Assembly: GCA_965637545.1 (NCBI GenBank)
Contig: OZ281496.1
Span: 22,320,001 to 22,384,000, forward strand
From: Phallusia mammillata
Taxonomy: Eukaryota
Direction of reading: 5' to 3'
Length of the DNA stretch: 64,000 nt
Both the position numbers and the translations under genes were made by a program. Under the pieces are notes generated by a model. That model searched no databases and was not told the origin of the DNA. It was given only the letters and a program-made list of their open reading frames with translations. Below are positions 51,200 to 64,000 of the stretch, piece after piece; positions within the stretch are counted from its first letter, which is position 1; every line of letters starts with the position of its first letter.

Positions 51200-54100
51200 T
51201 TCCACAGTAAACATCGTTTTTAGTTATTGTGAATCAAATGTAGATGAGTTCCCAGTGTTATTCGTTTGTGTGTTTTGCCCCAACCTAATTTGGCCACCCA
51301 AAACATAAACTTAAAATATTCATGGCCTTATACATCTTTAGATTCATTAATTATAATCATTCAATCAATTGTATACCTCCGCCAATCAAACAGAGTTTTA
51401 ACCCCACAGACAAGCTTTGCCTGGTTTGTTAAATCTTTTGGAACGATTTCACACCAGAGAACTGCTTTCAGTCTTTAGCGTAGCTCTCAATTACCTTTGA
51501 ATTGTTTTTGATGTCTTGCCCTTTACGTGCCCCAACCGTTTGTAAAAAGCCGGGTGTCAAATACCCTTTCACAGAAAGCGAAGCTCTTTGTCCGTGAGAG
51601 CGTTCCACACAGGGGTCAGTTGCTTAAAAGGCATTATCTGTGACCTTATATGGCAACGTGCCAACGTTCGTGCTGCTTCCCGTTTGTGAGACAGGATTGG
51701 GCAACTTGCCATAGTGCCCATGTTCTACGCGAATTTCTGCACGTTTGTCTACTTTTTTTTCCTGACAGGTGTAGTTATCACCACCGCCATCTGTCGACTA
51801 TTTCTCTTTGGGTTGAAAACTCTTTTACTTTGTTGCAAAACAAGCTTTTCACTTTGGCCGAAAACGCCCCAATTTAAGTTTCCTTTTTGCAAAATAGTTT
51901 TTGCTCTAGTGTAAGACGCCCTATTTTATTTTACGTTTTTGCTCCAGTCAAAAATGCCTTAGCTCATGAGTGATGTTAAAAACACCCCCTTTAATGGATG
52001 TATGATGATGCACCAAATTAGATTATTTTCAAAAATGTAAATTGCACAGCAGTGAAAAAAATGACATCAAACAAAACTTATTCAAAAATCCTATGGCATC
52101 CTATAATGTTTTTACGAAAACATATGCATGATTTTTACTTTATTTAATTAGGCTAAAGCAGCTTAGTAAAAAAATAATTTACTTTTTATTGCAAAATATT
52201 TAAATGTAATGTTTTTGACATCATCAAGGTGACCCATCCCCTAAACAAAATTTTATAATTTTTTAACCAGTGGCAAAAAAATTATGTAAGCAATTATAAA
52301 ACGAAGTTGAAAATCATAAACGAGAGGAAAGATAAAAAAAATTGCACCGCAGGGTCCTTTAAATTAATTCATTTTCTTCGTTTTGGTCTTATATCAAAAA
52401 CTATAGTTCCAAAACAGTTTTTGCAATAAAATGACAACAACCTAAATTTTACAAGGCAGACACAACAATTAGGTATGTGACAAGCAATAGATTGTAATTA
52501 GTCTTAAATTGCCCGTACAGCGTGGATCAACATTAAATCAATTAAACTGACTTTGACAAATGGTCGCACCTGTTTCTATTGCACCACGTCTGATCAGGTA
52601 GACATTGAGGACTACGAATCGCTTCTAGATTGACACCTCGCTGGCAATATTGTTGCAATAAGGTCGATTGTTTTTTTCGAAAGTGATCGCAATTTATTTA
52701 AATACAGTTTTGTTCATGATTTTTTTGCTTTTTTTTCAACTAAAAAAGACGGTAACTTTTTAAACTTTGCAAATGCCAAAAAGATAACTTTCTGGTATTT
52801 TTTAGTTGGTGGCTTGTTGGACACAATTTTTCTGCCATGATACAAAACCTATTAATTTACAATCATGTATGCTATAAAATGTACCTTCTGGATACATTTT
52901 TGGAAACCTATTAACAATCACTGGTGTTTCCAAATTGGTCACCGTAGTTCTTAAATTCATTTTCGAAAGCAATGACTAATCATAAGATTTCAGCGCAAAA
53001 AAATTAATTAATTTTCCAGTTAGATACTTTAATAACTTTTAAAATAATTTGTGACAAAATGATATTCCAAATTACATGACAAGCTGCAGTACTGTACAAG
53101 GATGTTAAAAAAGAAGATACATTCAATTATTTGTTTTGAATTGCTTAATTTTCTGCAGATTTTTAAAACTCTCAAACATAAATAACACATTTTGACGTTG
53201 GTTTTCAATGCTGCAATTGAAGGACGTTTTCGACGTTGGTTTTATAAATTATAAAAAAATTAAACGTTGTGTTAACTTCAATTTTTAAAGTTTTACAATA
53301 TTCTGTCCCCCTTCAGCGAAGCCGTAAAACTGCACACCGAAATGCAGCTCGAATTTTGCCACACCCAGCGGGTTAGCACAATGGATTACATTAAACTAGG
53401 GCTTTATCCTGAAGTAGATGATAACAACCCATCGGTTATCACGCAAAATCTATCGTGTGATTCACGTCAAATATGCCCATTATGATCGTGATCAATCCCC
53501 ACCGTGACTTGAGATACACATCACATGATGACTGAGTGACGATACGAACGCGTCAAAATGGCGACGCATCGGCCAAAAAACAAGACTTACAGTAAGCAAC
53601 TGCATACTGTACAACAATCTTACCTTGCTTCAGAGAAACTTTACTTTTATATTCCAATGTGGTCTTTCTTGTGTAGTAGGGAATTTACAATCAGTTTGTT
53701 TTTTGAAGATTAATTATTGGGCAAACTGTCCAGTGTTGAAGGAATGCACATGGTTATATTTTGCATTGTTGGTATAAATCCCAACTAAATAGCATATGTA
53801 ACTTAATTTTGCCATAGTTTTGCCGTACGCTTAAAGTTTAAACTCAAATACCCAAATATTGCACAACACAGGTCAAAGCAGCCCTTACAAACAACAAGGA
53901 TTTGAATTTGTCTTTCAAACCTCAAACACTTTGCGATTTGACAAATGCTTACTCTTTTGTTCAAGTCAGTCACCACGTAAGACACAGCATACACCAGGAC
54001 CTGTACGGGCTATTCTTCACATTGCCCTACTCCCGACCTATCTGACAACTGCCATAAATCTCAACCTGTCTTAAGGCGGCCTGAGGACTGGCGAACTTTC

Positions 54101-57100
54101 TCCAGCCTACGACAAGCGCCAAGTAGCACAGGTGGCCCCGATGCATCGTTTTTCTCGATGTCTACTAAAATTCGATTTTTGCTGATGAAAACTCCTGACC
54201 TAGCAGATGTAATTCAGTTTAAATATTTTTGATTATTTTTTGGAAAGAATCAACGTTCGCTTCAGGCAATTTATCGCCTTCATGTTTGTCTAAATTCCCA
54301 TATTGCTAATTCTCAATGTTAATTCCGTTTCCGTCGTTTACCTTGCTTGCCCCTGGTTTGAATGATGGTAATTATTTAAATCAGTTGCTTATATAGCGCC
54401 TCTTAAACTATATTTAGATGTTTATTTGCTAAGAAAACGTCAAGTGCTAAGTTGATACGTACTTTTTTCTTTCCAATGACCTTCCAGCATCGACCATATA
54501 ACGTGTGTGATTGTGGGGTTGATTTTAAGTAACCATGAACCTGACCCTTTTAAACTATTCCTTTTAACCTCCAAAACGGTGGTAAAATTGTGTACAAGCT
54601 TTAACGGTTTGCAATACAACACTCGTCGTAAAATGTCAACTGCTCAGATGAGTTTTTGATCCAAATATACCAGTGAATTTTTGCATCGCTATTGCTGAAT
54701 AAAGTGCTAGACACAAGCTCCAACAAAACTTACACCACAAGATATGTACTGTGGAACGCTTAAACATTTTTTTCTGTTGCACAACAAACACTTGTTTTTA
54801 ACCATACAGGTCTTTAATTTGAATTACCCACGATGCAAACTGCTCAACATGAAATCTTAGACTTTTAACCGACCAAGCAAAATAAAACACAACATGATTT
54901 GCCACTCAAGTTAATCACATGCATCGACTTAAAAGCCAAAAACCTCATTTAGCTCGCCTGTTCTTGTTTGCATCTGTCGAATCGCTGATATATTCGTTTC
55001 TTAATTTTCTGATAAAAGTTTACATAGTTAAGCAGATGTACAGAGATTGGCCGAAAATTCGTTTTCCCGGCCCGCCGCAAACGCTGGTGGCACGTCAAAT
55101 AAGTATGCGTTTAAGTGTGCCCAGCGACAAGTCCTTGATTAATCACCTCTCTTAGTGTCAAGCTCTCGGTTACTCTGTTTTCGCCCCCTTCCTGGGTTCC
55201 GCGCAGCTCGCTGGACGAGTCAAGGGCCTTTAACCTGCGCTGTATACATGAGTTCAATCCCTCGCATATCCGTGCCAGTTGTTTCACAGCATTTCGCGGC
55301 GGGCAAAATTAAAATTGATAGCCTCGCGCTGTTTGCATCTGAAACAGAGAGGATTTGCCACCAGCGTTCACCGCATGCACGTACGCACCTCTACAAGCGC
55401 TTTGGCTCCGCCTGTTCAGCTAAATCCACCGCTTTGGGGATGAAAATGTGGAGATAATGATTTGCTTTCGCGCCTTATTCCCCATGCGCCGCTCGTGGCT
55501 TGTTATCAGCTGCACAGCTCCGGCGTTCAATTAACCGTAAATGATGTATTACATTCTGCATGGAATCACGTGATCACCTGAGCAGCGAAAGTGCCGAGTG
55601 ACGTTGCAGGGGCCACGGCCACCCAAAGCTTGGGATCGGCAAGAATTTCTTTTCTGACCCTTTTCTGTCCGTTTTCTATGTTTGTCGTGTGATCAACCCA
55701 TGCTCTCTGGGACCATATTAGGAAATTATGTTAATTTAGGCGAAAAAATGACCCGAGGAAAAATTTGTAAGGTCATATTGTTTTGTAACACTTAATTGTT
55801 GTTTTTATTTGTTGGAATCCTTCCCCGACATTTAAAAACTTGGCATAGGAAAAATTGGTCTCTTGCCCACATTGTTTAGGCAGTTTGACTCTGGTATTTG
55901 TTGTCACTGCGAAAGCCCACCAGTTGTACAAGCGTCCTGTTGTGTTAGCTTAACTTCGAAAAAGTACAACGACCCACAATAACATCGACGTCTGGACGGG
56001 ACAGGGCTCAAATGATGGATTACTGGTGCTCGAAAGGGCGCAAAATCGCGACCTAGACACTGACCGCGCCCGACTTATTGTCCGGGCTTCCTCTTCGATC
56101 ATACGATACCGGTAGGGGGCTCCCACGGGACCGTCGCTTACCGTCGTGAGGCGCTAAGACGAAAATATCATTTGCCAGGACATAAGCGTGCGCGGTTTCT
56201 TGAGCTTTCAACTGCCATTGTGTACTTAGCGTCACGCTGGGCACTATAAGCGACAAGGTTTCAACCGCGCTGGGATATAGCTTTGATCTCGTAGAAGGCG
56301 TATGTGAGCCGACCAATACCCCGCGATGAGCGATATTACGTCATGCTTCGAATGGCAACCGAAGAACGTCAATTTGTCAGAAAGTTTAGCCTTCAAAAGT
56401 TTGTCATAGTAACAGCATGAACACTAGAAGGCGATTTTGGGGTACTTCTAGAAACTACGTTGTATTCCTTTGTTAAAGCAAAGCTAATCTCCCAAGTAAA
56501 CAATGTGCACAAAGCATAATCGTGTTTTATTCTGATTATTTTCAAATAACCTTGGTGTTTTTCAACTGCCAATTAGAAAACACAAAATGAGTAAAAATTG
56601 AAAATGAAAGAAGTCAATATGCTGCAAAATATGCCGCAAACTGAATTTTGCAGTTATCTTATTATGACAACAATAGCCTTGTCATTTCTGCCGCTTTTAA
56701 TTGCTGCTAACCACTTCAATCTATAACGTTTTAAATCGAAACAAATAAAAGTGTTCATTTTGTACGAGCCCTTTTGGAAAACCATTGTCGTTGTGACTTG
56801 TTACACTTTACAAGCGTAAGGTTCTGTACAAATGGCGCCATTTAATTCCCGCCGACTCGAAAATGGCGCAAGTAGACTCCCCACAAACAATTACATTACA
56901 TTGAAATCCAAAGCAAAATTCATTTCGTAAAAAATTTCTTAACCTCGCCCTGCCATTTAGTTTTAAGTTTTTATTAGAGTGAGTGTTTTTGCAAGTGGCC
57001 AGCTGTGTGCCGGAACCTGAGAAGGGCTTATCTATGAAATCAAGGTCAGTGACCATAATTCGATGGTGATTGAAAGCATTCTGACTCGGCGACCGGTCAC

Positions 57101-60100
57101 ACCAATTTCTGAACTAGACACAGATACAACGTGGGTTCAGATCATAATTATGGCGAAACAAAATTAAGGTAACCTTTTTTTCTCCTGGGAGCTCTAAGGT
57201 GTATTTTTGTACAAAACAACCTCACTGTAAAAGTCAAACAAAACTGGATACGATCTCTACAAAGCAATGGCCTGGGAAATTTGTTTTCCTTGGTAATTGT
57301 TACAAATAAGAAAAGTCAAACCATACGTTTGTTCAATTCAAATAGATAGGCACAAATAACTAATTCGTTTTAAATAAGCCAATATATATTTCTTCTAATG
57401 CGTGGTTGTGGCATCTTGATTTTAATATGGAGGCGGTTTATTTCGGATAGGCATTGTTTGGATTATTTGATACTCCTCATAAAATGTGTCTCCAATGTAT
57501 TGCCTTTTCATATCTAAACAGATATTAGGCACATTTTAAATGTATGACAGACTTGTCTGACGGGTAACACAGATTTTGTGTGTAAAATATGGCTTGTTTA
57601 CACCTAAATTTAACGGTTTTAATAAGTTTTGATAACAAAGGAATTACTTCGTTACAAAAACTGATTTCACACACTTCTACAAAAAATGCGATTTTTTTCT
57701 AAGTTACATTTTCCACAACTTTGAAACCCAACGGTATACAATTTCAGTTTGACATATTTAGGTTTGCACCACTATTCACAGTTTTGGATTTAGTAAAGAT
57801 TGTGTCATGAGTATAGTCATCATCAAATATTTTAGCCTACAGTTTCCCAGTACGGTACAGCCGTGAAAATTCTGCTGCGTGAAATTTATCCAATGTTTTT
57901 TTGGATTTTTGTTTGTTAAGTAACCAAAATTAAGCGTTTTTTGCTAAGTGAGCATACTAGAAGACATATTTATATTTAACAAATATTTATTTGTACGTAA
58001 ATTGAAAAGTAGCTGTCTTTTACAATTTGTTTTTTGTTTTGTTTTTTTTGCTTGCTGGCCAAAATTAAGCTGCTGGCATTTAAGATATATTTTTATGTTT
58101 TTAAAAAGTCATCTGTAAGTTATGTGCAAAAAACATAGACCTCTACCGTTGCGTATTGCCCTTTTCCGACCAACTTCTTCGCTTTTGAGCGATATCCGAA
58201 TGGAGAACAACTTGCCATCGCCATTTTGAATATACTTCTTTAACCTTCTGTTCTCCATGGTGTCTGGATAATATCCATGTTTTTGTCTTTAAATCCATTA
58301 TGCCGATCCTTGTTTCTGAACAAGAATTAGTTCAGTCCTCACCTTTCTCATGTTACATTTCATTTTACCAAAAATTTACAGTAGAGGAACCTATCAACAA
58401 AAAATATTGAACCATTGGACTGGTTTACAAAAGGCTTGTTTGTTGTTTCTGTAACATACGTATATATGTCCTTTCTCTTTGACGAAAGATCGTATCTTTT
58501 TATTAACGCGTAGCATATAGACCAACCTGTTAATCCATGTAAAACACATCCAGTTTCTTGCCTCTGAAAACTTGATTGCCAAATTGTACACTTACTTCAC
58601 ACTCAGTGTAAGATTCTTACTAATCAGTTTTTTCGAGGAACTTGTCCGTGTAGTTGTGTCAACCACTGGTCTCGGTTGGTGTCCTCTCATTGGGAAAGTT
58701 GTAAAGCTTCACCTTGAACGACATTTATATGCACTGCACTGTGTTGAGGCGGATACAAGGATCGGTTCAAGTGTGATTTATATCGTGAAATGAGCCGTAA
58801 AGCCAAATAGGAAACGCAATACCCAGAGTCTGACGACAAAGCTGCGATTTCCCCTTGGGGACCGTTAGATAATCGTCTAACGGACGTAACCTTGTTACCC
58901 CGCATTGTTACATGCTAATCAGCAAGGTTAACCAATACAAAACAAATCTGGCGTTCAAGTTGGTAATAGCACAGTCATGACCCTTAAACTGTTGTTTTAA
59001 CGGCATATAACTGTTGTGTATTTCATTTATTTTTTCCAAATGGAAAAAGGATGATTTATTCTGCAGCAAAACTGCTTAAGATATTTAGAATGAATACATT
59101 CTTCGAAACAACCGTTGTTGCCATGCACATGTATTTATACTAGCTTTTAGCAGATTTATTTTTAATTAAGCTGCTTGTCCAGTGTGTGTTTTTCTAAATG
59201 GTAAATGTGTTATGTGTTATGGATTTGATGAGCAAATCACAAATTCTAAGGAAAGGATACATGGCTGCAAAGTATGTTGGTACCAATAAATGAGTATAGT
59301 ACTATACAACAGGACGACATGGTGGATATTTTGTTCCAGCATCTGTAAGTAGCCCAAAAAAAAACGCTCATTGCGCCCTCCACAAAATTAAGATTCATGA
59401 CTGAGGGCTTTGACCTTGTGCTCCCGCTCCACCATTTCAAACATATCTTAAACTTGGTCTCTTCTTGTCACGTCGGTGACATCGATCCTCCGTGACGACT
59501 TGTGGAGTGAGACAGATCACAACATTCTCTCGCGGACCGTAACCTACCCGGTTTCACCGACTTGCATTTGGCGAGGCTACAAGGGCTTTCTATATGTCGT
59601 TATTAGGTGACAAAGTGTTGTTAGCCCGCCCTCAGCACGTGTCAACAGGCACTTTTGGGTTTTGCTAAAAGCCTAACAATGGTATTTTGCGTCGTGGATG
59701 CTTTATCGCCAGAGCTGCACGTAGCAAGTACATGTCGTATAAAAACAGAATAAGACCTAATTTTGGCTATTCGGTTTTCAGCTCTACAATAGCTACTCAG
59801 TTTCAAAAAGTAAATATGCTACAAAACGGTTGCTGCGTTTATCTTCGCTTCCATTAACGCGCAGCCTCCACAAGATGACAGTAAAGAGCAGTTGTTTTAG
59901 TTGGGATCAGCAAAACCTTCATCACGTTTCTTGTACGATCCTGTTATTTTTGGCAGCCTGCCTCGCTTGTAAAGTGTTTCTGGTCGATAAAAACACATCC
60001 TTCAGCACAAGATTACTGCTCCGTTTTGTTTATTTTACGATTACAATTAACTTGGTTATAGTCGCGCGCATGTAAGCTGTACGTAAAAAGTTTAAAATAG

Positions 60101-61303
60101 GCCGGCGGACAGTCTGTGTACAAAACAAAAACGAAGAAGCATTTGAAAACAAGAAGAACGGATAAGGATAGGTACGCATTCGTGTCTAATTTACATGATG
60201 ACATTAGGAATTCGGCGAAAGAAAGCAAAAGTGGACAACTTATGAGGAAGATCTGACCCCGACTGATCACAGTGATGACAGTCAGCGTACATGTCAAAAT
60301 GTACAGTTTCCAATTTTTATCATAATAAGATTACAGAATGTCAGCAGCATTGCTCTGACCGGTACAATATTGAGATAGCAGCTCTCTGAGGCGAGCAAAT
60401 AATAAAACATTAAAATTGAACGCAGTATGTTAGCCTTGATAAACTTTGATAGTTAATGTAACAATCGTTGATCTAGTTTGTTCATGCGTTTAAATAACAA
60501 AAGTACACGGCATGTAAGATGGGCGACGAAAAACGTCGTTCGTCTTATTTGAGAAAACAAAACACAAGTATAATTTTAAGATACAAATCTCTCTCTGTAC
60601 AATATTTGGTAAAGCAATATTTTCAAATCGTCTCATAACCATTGAAGGAGAAAATAATTTTGAGGCTTTTAGCCAATACACAAATATTGCAACGTTGTCA
60701 GATAAAGGATCGCAGCAGCTTAACTTGCATATGCATATCTGGGGTGTGTATGTTATGGTTAGCTTCAAAACGTCATCTATTATGATCCGGTTAAGTTTTT
60801 AGAAAACCTGAGACCAGCAGCAGGTAAACTTTACGGTTTGTTTGTTTACCACACGATATTGAAATTTAAATGCTTTCAATATGCAATTTTTTGATGTATT
60901 AAACCAATAGTTTTTGGACGAAATTGTACGAAGAAATGTCAGGAACGATAAAAATCTTACAAATATTTTGCAAAATACAGGGCTGAACAAAATAAAACAA
61001 TGTTGTTGTTTCTTATAGTTTTGACTATAAATAAAAAAAGGCAAGTTATTTCAAAAAATGATGACTTGGGCCATGCTAGGATTGAACCGTACTGGCTTTA
61101 GTATGGTTTGAAACTGTATTTCGACTAGAAACCATATTTTGGAACGATTTAATTTTGTTGTACAACACATATTACGTTTGGATTGATCGTCTGTGTTTAA
61201 TACCAACGTTGTGCTGTCAACCAAAAACACTTTGTCCAACTGTTTGAACTTCCAGGCGCAAACTGCGTAATAAATCTAGCCAAACTTCTCAACGTTAAAG
61301 CAA

Positions 61304-61479
61304 TCATTGGAAGGATGATAGCTGGTAGGAACCGTAAGGAGGGGCAGAACTACTAGGAAGATGAGTTAAGACGTGCGGACGCAGTTGCGACATGGGATCG
61401 TGCTCAGCTGCCCACGATCCTGGGCCTGGAATAGACATCATACCGCCGTAGATGGTTGAATGGGGGATCGCACCTCCTT
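61304..61479 (-). CDS. Hox4: Hox4 last coding exon, missed by the ORF track
   Basis: Acceptor ttttgtttcag|AA, frame (E)[60 protein letters not shown] at 61304-61306. Confidence 0.8.
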
Positions 61480-63482
61480 CTGAAACAAAACAATAGAAAA
61501 TTAGTTTAGGTATTTTTGGCGAGGTAGTGCTGAAATGGCTTGTCGCGTTTTTGCATCAGCCCAGTGTTACCATTTTCTGCATAACGAGTTTGTTAAAAGC
61601 AAAAAGATACAAACCAGTATTTGGGTGTAAGCATTGTATACAACGCTTCTAAATACTGTCTTGAAGGCATATGTTTTGGTGAGAATATTTAAAACTGTGT
61701 ATTGCGTTCCGAAGTTTCTTTTATTGTGGGAAACTGTTTTTTGCACGTATGGCACGAAATTGTCAAAGGTTTTTATTGCAAAGAATGTAGAGCAGTGATT
61801 CTCAAACTGTGTGCCGTGAGAGATTTCCAAGTGTGTCGCGAAATATTTTTTTGTTGAAGTGCAAACATTCCCTAGTGTTTTACGCCTTTACGACGAAATA
61901 CTGGTGCGCATAACAAAGTTTTAAAGCCCATATTTTGTCATTGGTAATAAAAAGCATCCCATACCCACCACAATAAAGTTGAAAGTTAACTTAATTATAA
62001 GCTTATGATCAGCTTCTGTTGTGTTTGCCTGCAAAGTGTGCCGCGGAAGGAAATTTTAGTTCTTTAATGCGCCGCATGGTAAAAAAGTTTGAAAACCACT
62101 GATGTAGAGGGTAAGTATTTTAGTACCTGAAGTAGCCTACTTTTGGGTTTAGTCCACGACGGCGTAGGCCAATATATATATTCAACTGAAAATTTGTCAG
62201 CTATGAGTTTTTCAGGTGTAGCAAATAGGTTTTTAAACATAGCTACCAATCTTTTCTAAACTCAGTTTTCTTTTGGTTCAGAGGTGAAGGTATTATAGCT
62301 TCACAGCTCCACAAATTATTCCAGATTTGTTGTTTACTTATTAATTTTACAGGTGAAAAAAACACTTACCAAACTGAAGCGGATGGGCCTGACTGACGCT
62401 GTCGTAAATCGGACTGTGGATGTCTTGAAATGCGTAAGCTTGAGACATCGTGCTTTTCGCCAAACTCTGTTGTTCTTCTCCTGCCAGTCGCTCTTTCAGG
62501 TGGATTGGATCAATTTCTTGCCTGTAAGTAGGAAATCATGAATAGGAAAAATTATATATAGAGATCAAAGCGATATTTATTAAAACATTATTTTCGGTAT
62601 TGACGGAACGCCGGATTGATTATGTTTTTACTCAAAAATTGCTGTCATTAATCAAACCTAAGGATTTCAAACCCATTGTTTGGTCGTGAGGCAAATGTAC
62701 AAGTTTTGAAAGCACTCTAACTAAGTATCTAAAGTTTAGATTCTAAACAATTAGAATGATTTGAACAAAATATTGAAAGAAAAGTGGATTGTTAAATTCG
62801 TTAACCACTATGTGGCAAATTAACATCATTGAAGACTTTGTTTATTATTTTACAACTTGACTTTATATTTAAATAATATTTACAAAAGGGTTGTTGCATG
62901 TATAATTTATGTATGGTGGAATTTTCTTGTGATTCACCATGCAAAATTATTGTGGGCCAAGTCTATATTCTTAGTTCTGTATACCTCTAAAATCGAGGCA
63001 CTTACGGCGGACAGTCTCTTTCGCAAGCTTTAATTCAGCCGGTTTAAACTATTTTCCGATACTTCGAAATCCAAAAAAACATACAACCACTACATCTTAA
63101 AAAAACGATACCTAAAAAACAGTTAACAGCAAATTATTACTTACTTGAAAAGTGGCGCTGCTCCAGAAAGTCCTGTGCTTGGATCGAAGCGGGGAATATG
63201 GATTCCATTTTGTTCTTTAACGCCCGGCAATTGATGCATAGCGCTGTGGCTTCCGTGGGGCGAAGTGTTAAGCGGCGATTCGCGTATCAGACTGTGCCGA
63301 GTCGGTGTAATCGGCGGGGTTTTGTCGTGAAACACGTGATTTGCCTCTGATGTAGGACTCATGCTCGTGATAAGGTGAGGGAGTGAAGACGATGAAGAAG
63401 AAGAGCTGTTACGTACTTTAGTGTTGGGGAGTTTGTGGTCTTTCTTCCACTTCATGCGACGATTTTGAAACCAGATTTTGAC
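61304..63482 (-). CDS. Hox4: Homeobox protein Hox4 (PG4), 3' part join(63482..63145,62521..62370,61479..61304); 5' exons lie beyond the window
   Basis: [24 protein letters not shown] carries the PG4-diagnostic C-terminal flank. Exons of 338+152+176 nt total 666 nt (221 aa plus stop). Both donors are GTAAGT and phases 2 and 1 fit. Confidence 0.92.
61793..62101. mobile_element. hAT (Charlie-like) MITE in the last Hox4 intron
   Basis: TIR CAGTGATTCTCAAACT / AGTTTGAAAACCACTG with a perfect 8-bp TSD ATGTAGAG on both sides. Confidence 0.9.
62370..62521 (-). CDS. Hox4: Hox4 penultimate coding exon, missed by the ORF track
   Basis: Acceptor cttacag|G, open frame [50 protein letters not shown], donor G|gtaagt. 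Confidence 0.82.
63145..63482 (-). CDS. Hox4: Hox4 exon (helix 3 and Ser-rich tail)
   Basis: Acceptor gttacag|GTC (phase 0). Donor TTC AA|gtaagt. Confidence 0.92.
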
Positions 63483-64000
63483 CTGTAACGGGTAACAGAT
63501 CTTTGAGCAAATATTTACGATATACAAGACGGTTTTAGTTCAAGTTTTGCTTCAACAAATATAACAGATTCAAAATCCAAGTAATTTGCAATTTCCGGAA
63601 TTTTTGTGTGTAAATAAAGTCAGTGAGTAAACAATTTTTTGTTGAACAAACGTTCCACAACATTTAGCATTGATTTGTTGACAGTTTCTCTTATTGCTAA
63701 AAAGGTAAGAGGGTTTGTTGCAGGTTGTTTGAGGTGATTGGGTTTGATTGTTTACGTTCACTCTGCAGCTAATGTTGACATTACCTTGCCAAAGCTTACC
63801 GGTAATTCTGTGCTTACACTGGGGATCGGCGTTACGCTCGATAACCTTTTAGACAGTTCCTTAATGGCTTGTTATGGTAAATTTGACAGCTTGTGTTTGA
63901 AGTTTTTAAACCGCTTGCTGTGGTTTATCCTTAAATGGGAGTTAACAATTGATTTGATTAAGTTGATTGGCAACAGTGGTGCAAATGAAAACACTTCATC

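Noticed and set aside
52340-52365. CAGGGTCCTTTAA, resembling a Kolobok/TTAA element end
   Set aside because: No matching opposite terminus found.
54103-54120. GCCTACGAC, resembling the 5S rRNA 5' end
   Set aside because: No similarity beyond 9 nt.
154-63761. The many 60-140 aa ORFs in the supplied track
   Set aside because: Antisense or frame shadows of Hox exons, or random ORFs with alternative starts and no protein-family signal.

Overview
AT-rich eukaryotic DNA holding part of an ascidian (tunicate)-type Hox cluster, all on the minus strand. It contains a complete Hox2 (3 coding exons, 918 aa), a complete Hox3 (5 coding exons, 706 aa) and the 3' part of Hox4 (3 exons, 221 aa from homeodomain helix 3 onward). 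I reconstructed the exons by hand from GT/AG boundaries and all intron phases fit. Almost all other ORF-track entries look like noise. The non-coding DNA carries several non-autonomous elements: hAT MITEs with 8-bp target duplications, a Helentron-type HINE whose internal repeat carries CTCF consensus motifs, and three copies of a Penelope-like repeat, one with an intact minimal hammerhead ribozyme. Other candidates are an extended miR-100-family complementary site in the Hox2 3'UTR, consensus DR5 and DR2 retinoic-acid elements, and splice acceptors in front of the Hox2 and Hox3 first coding exons (shared leader or trans-splicing). The species is not identified. All regulatory calls are motif-level only.
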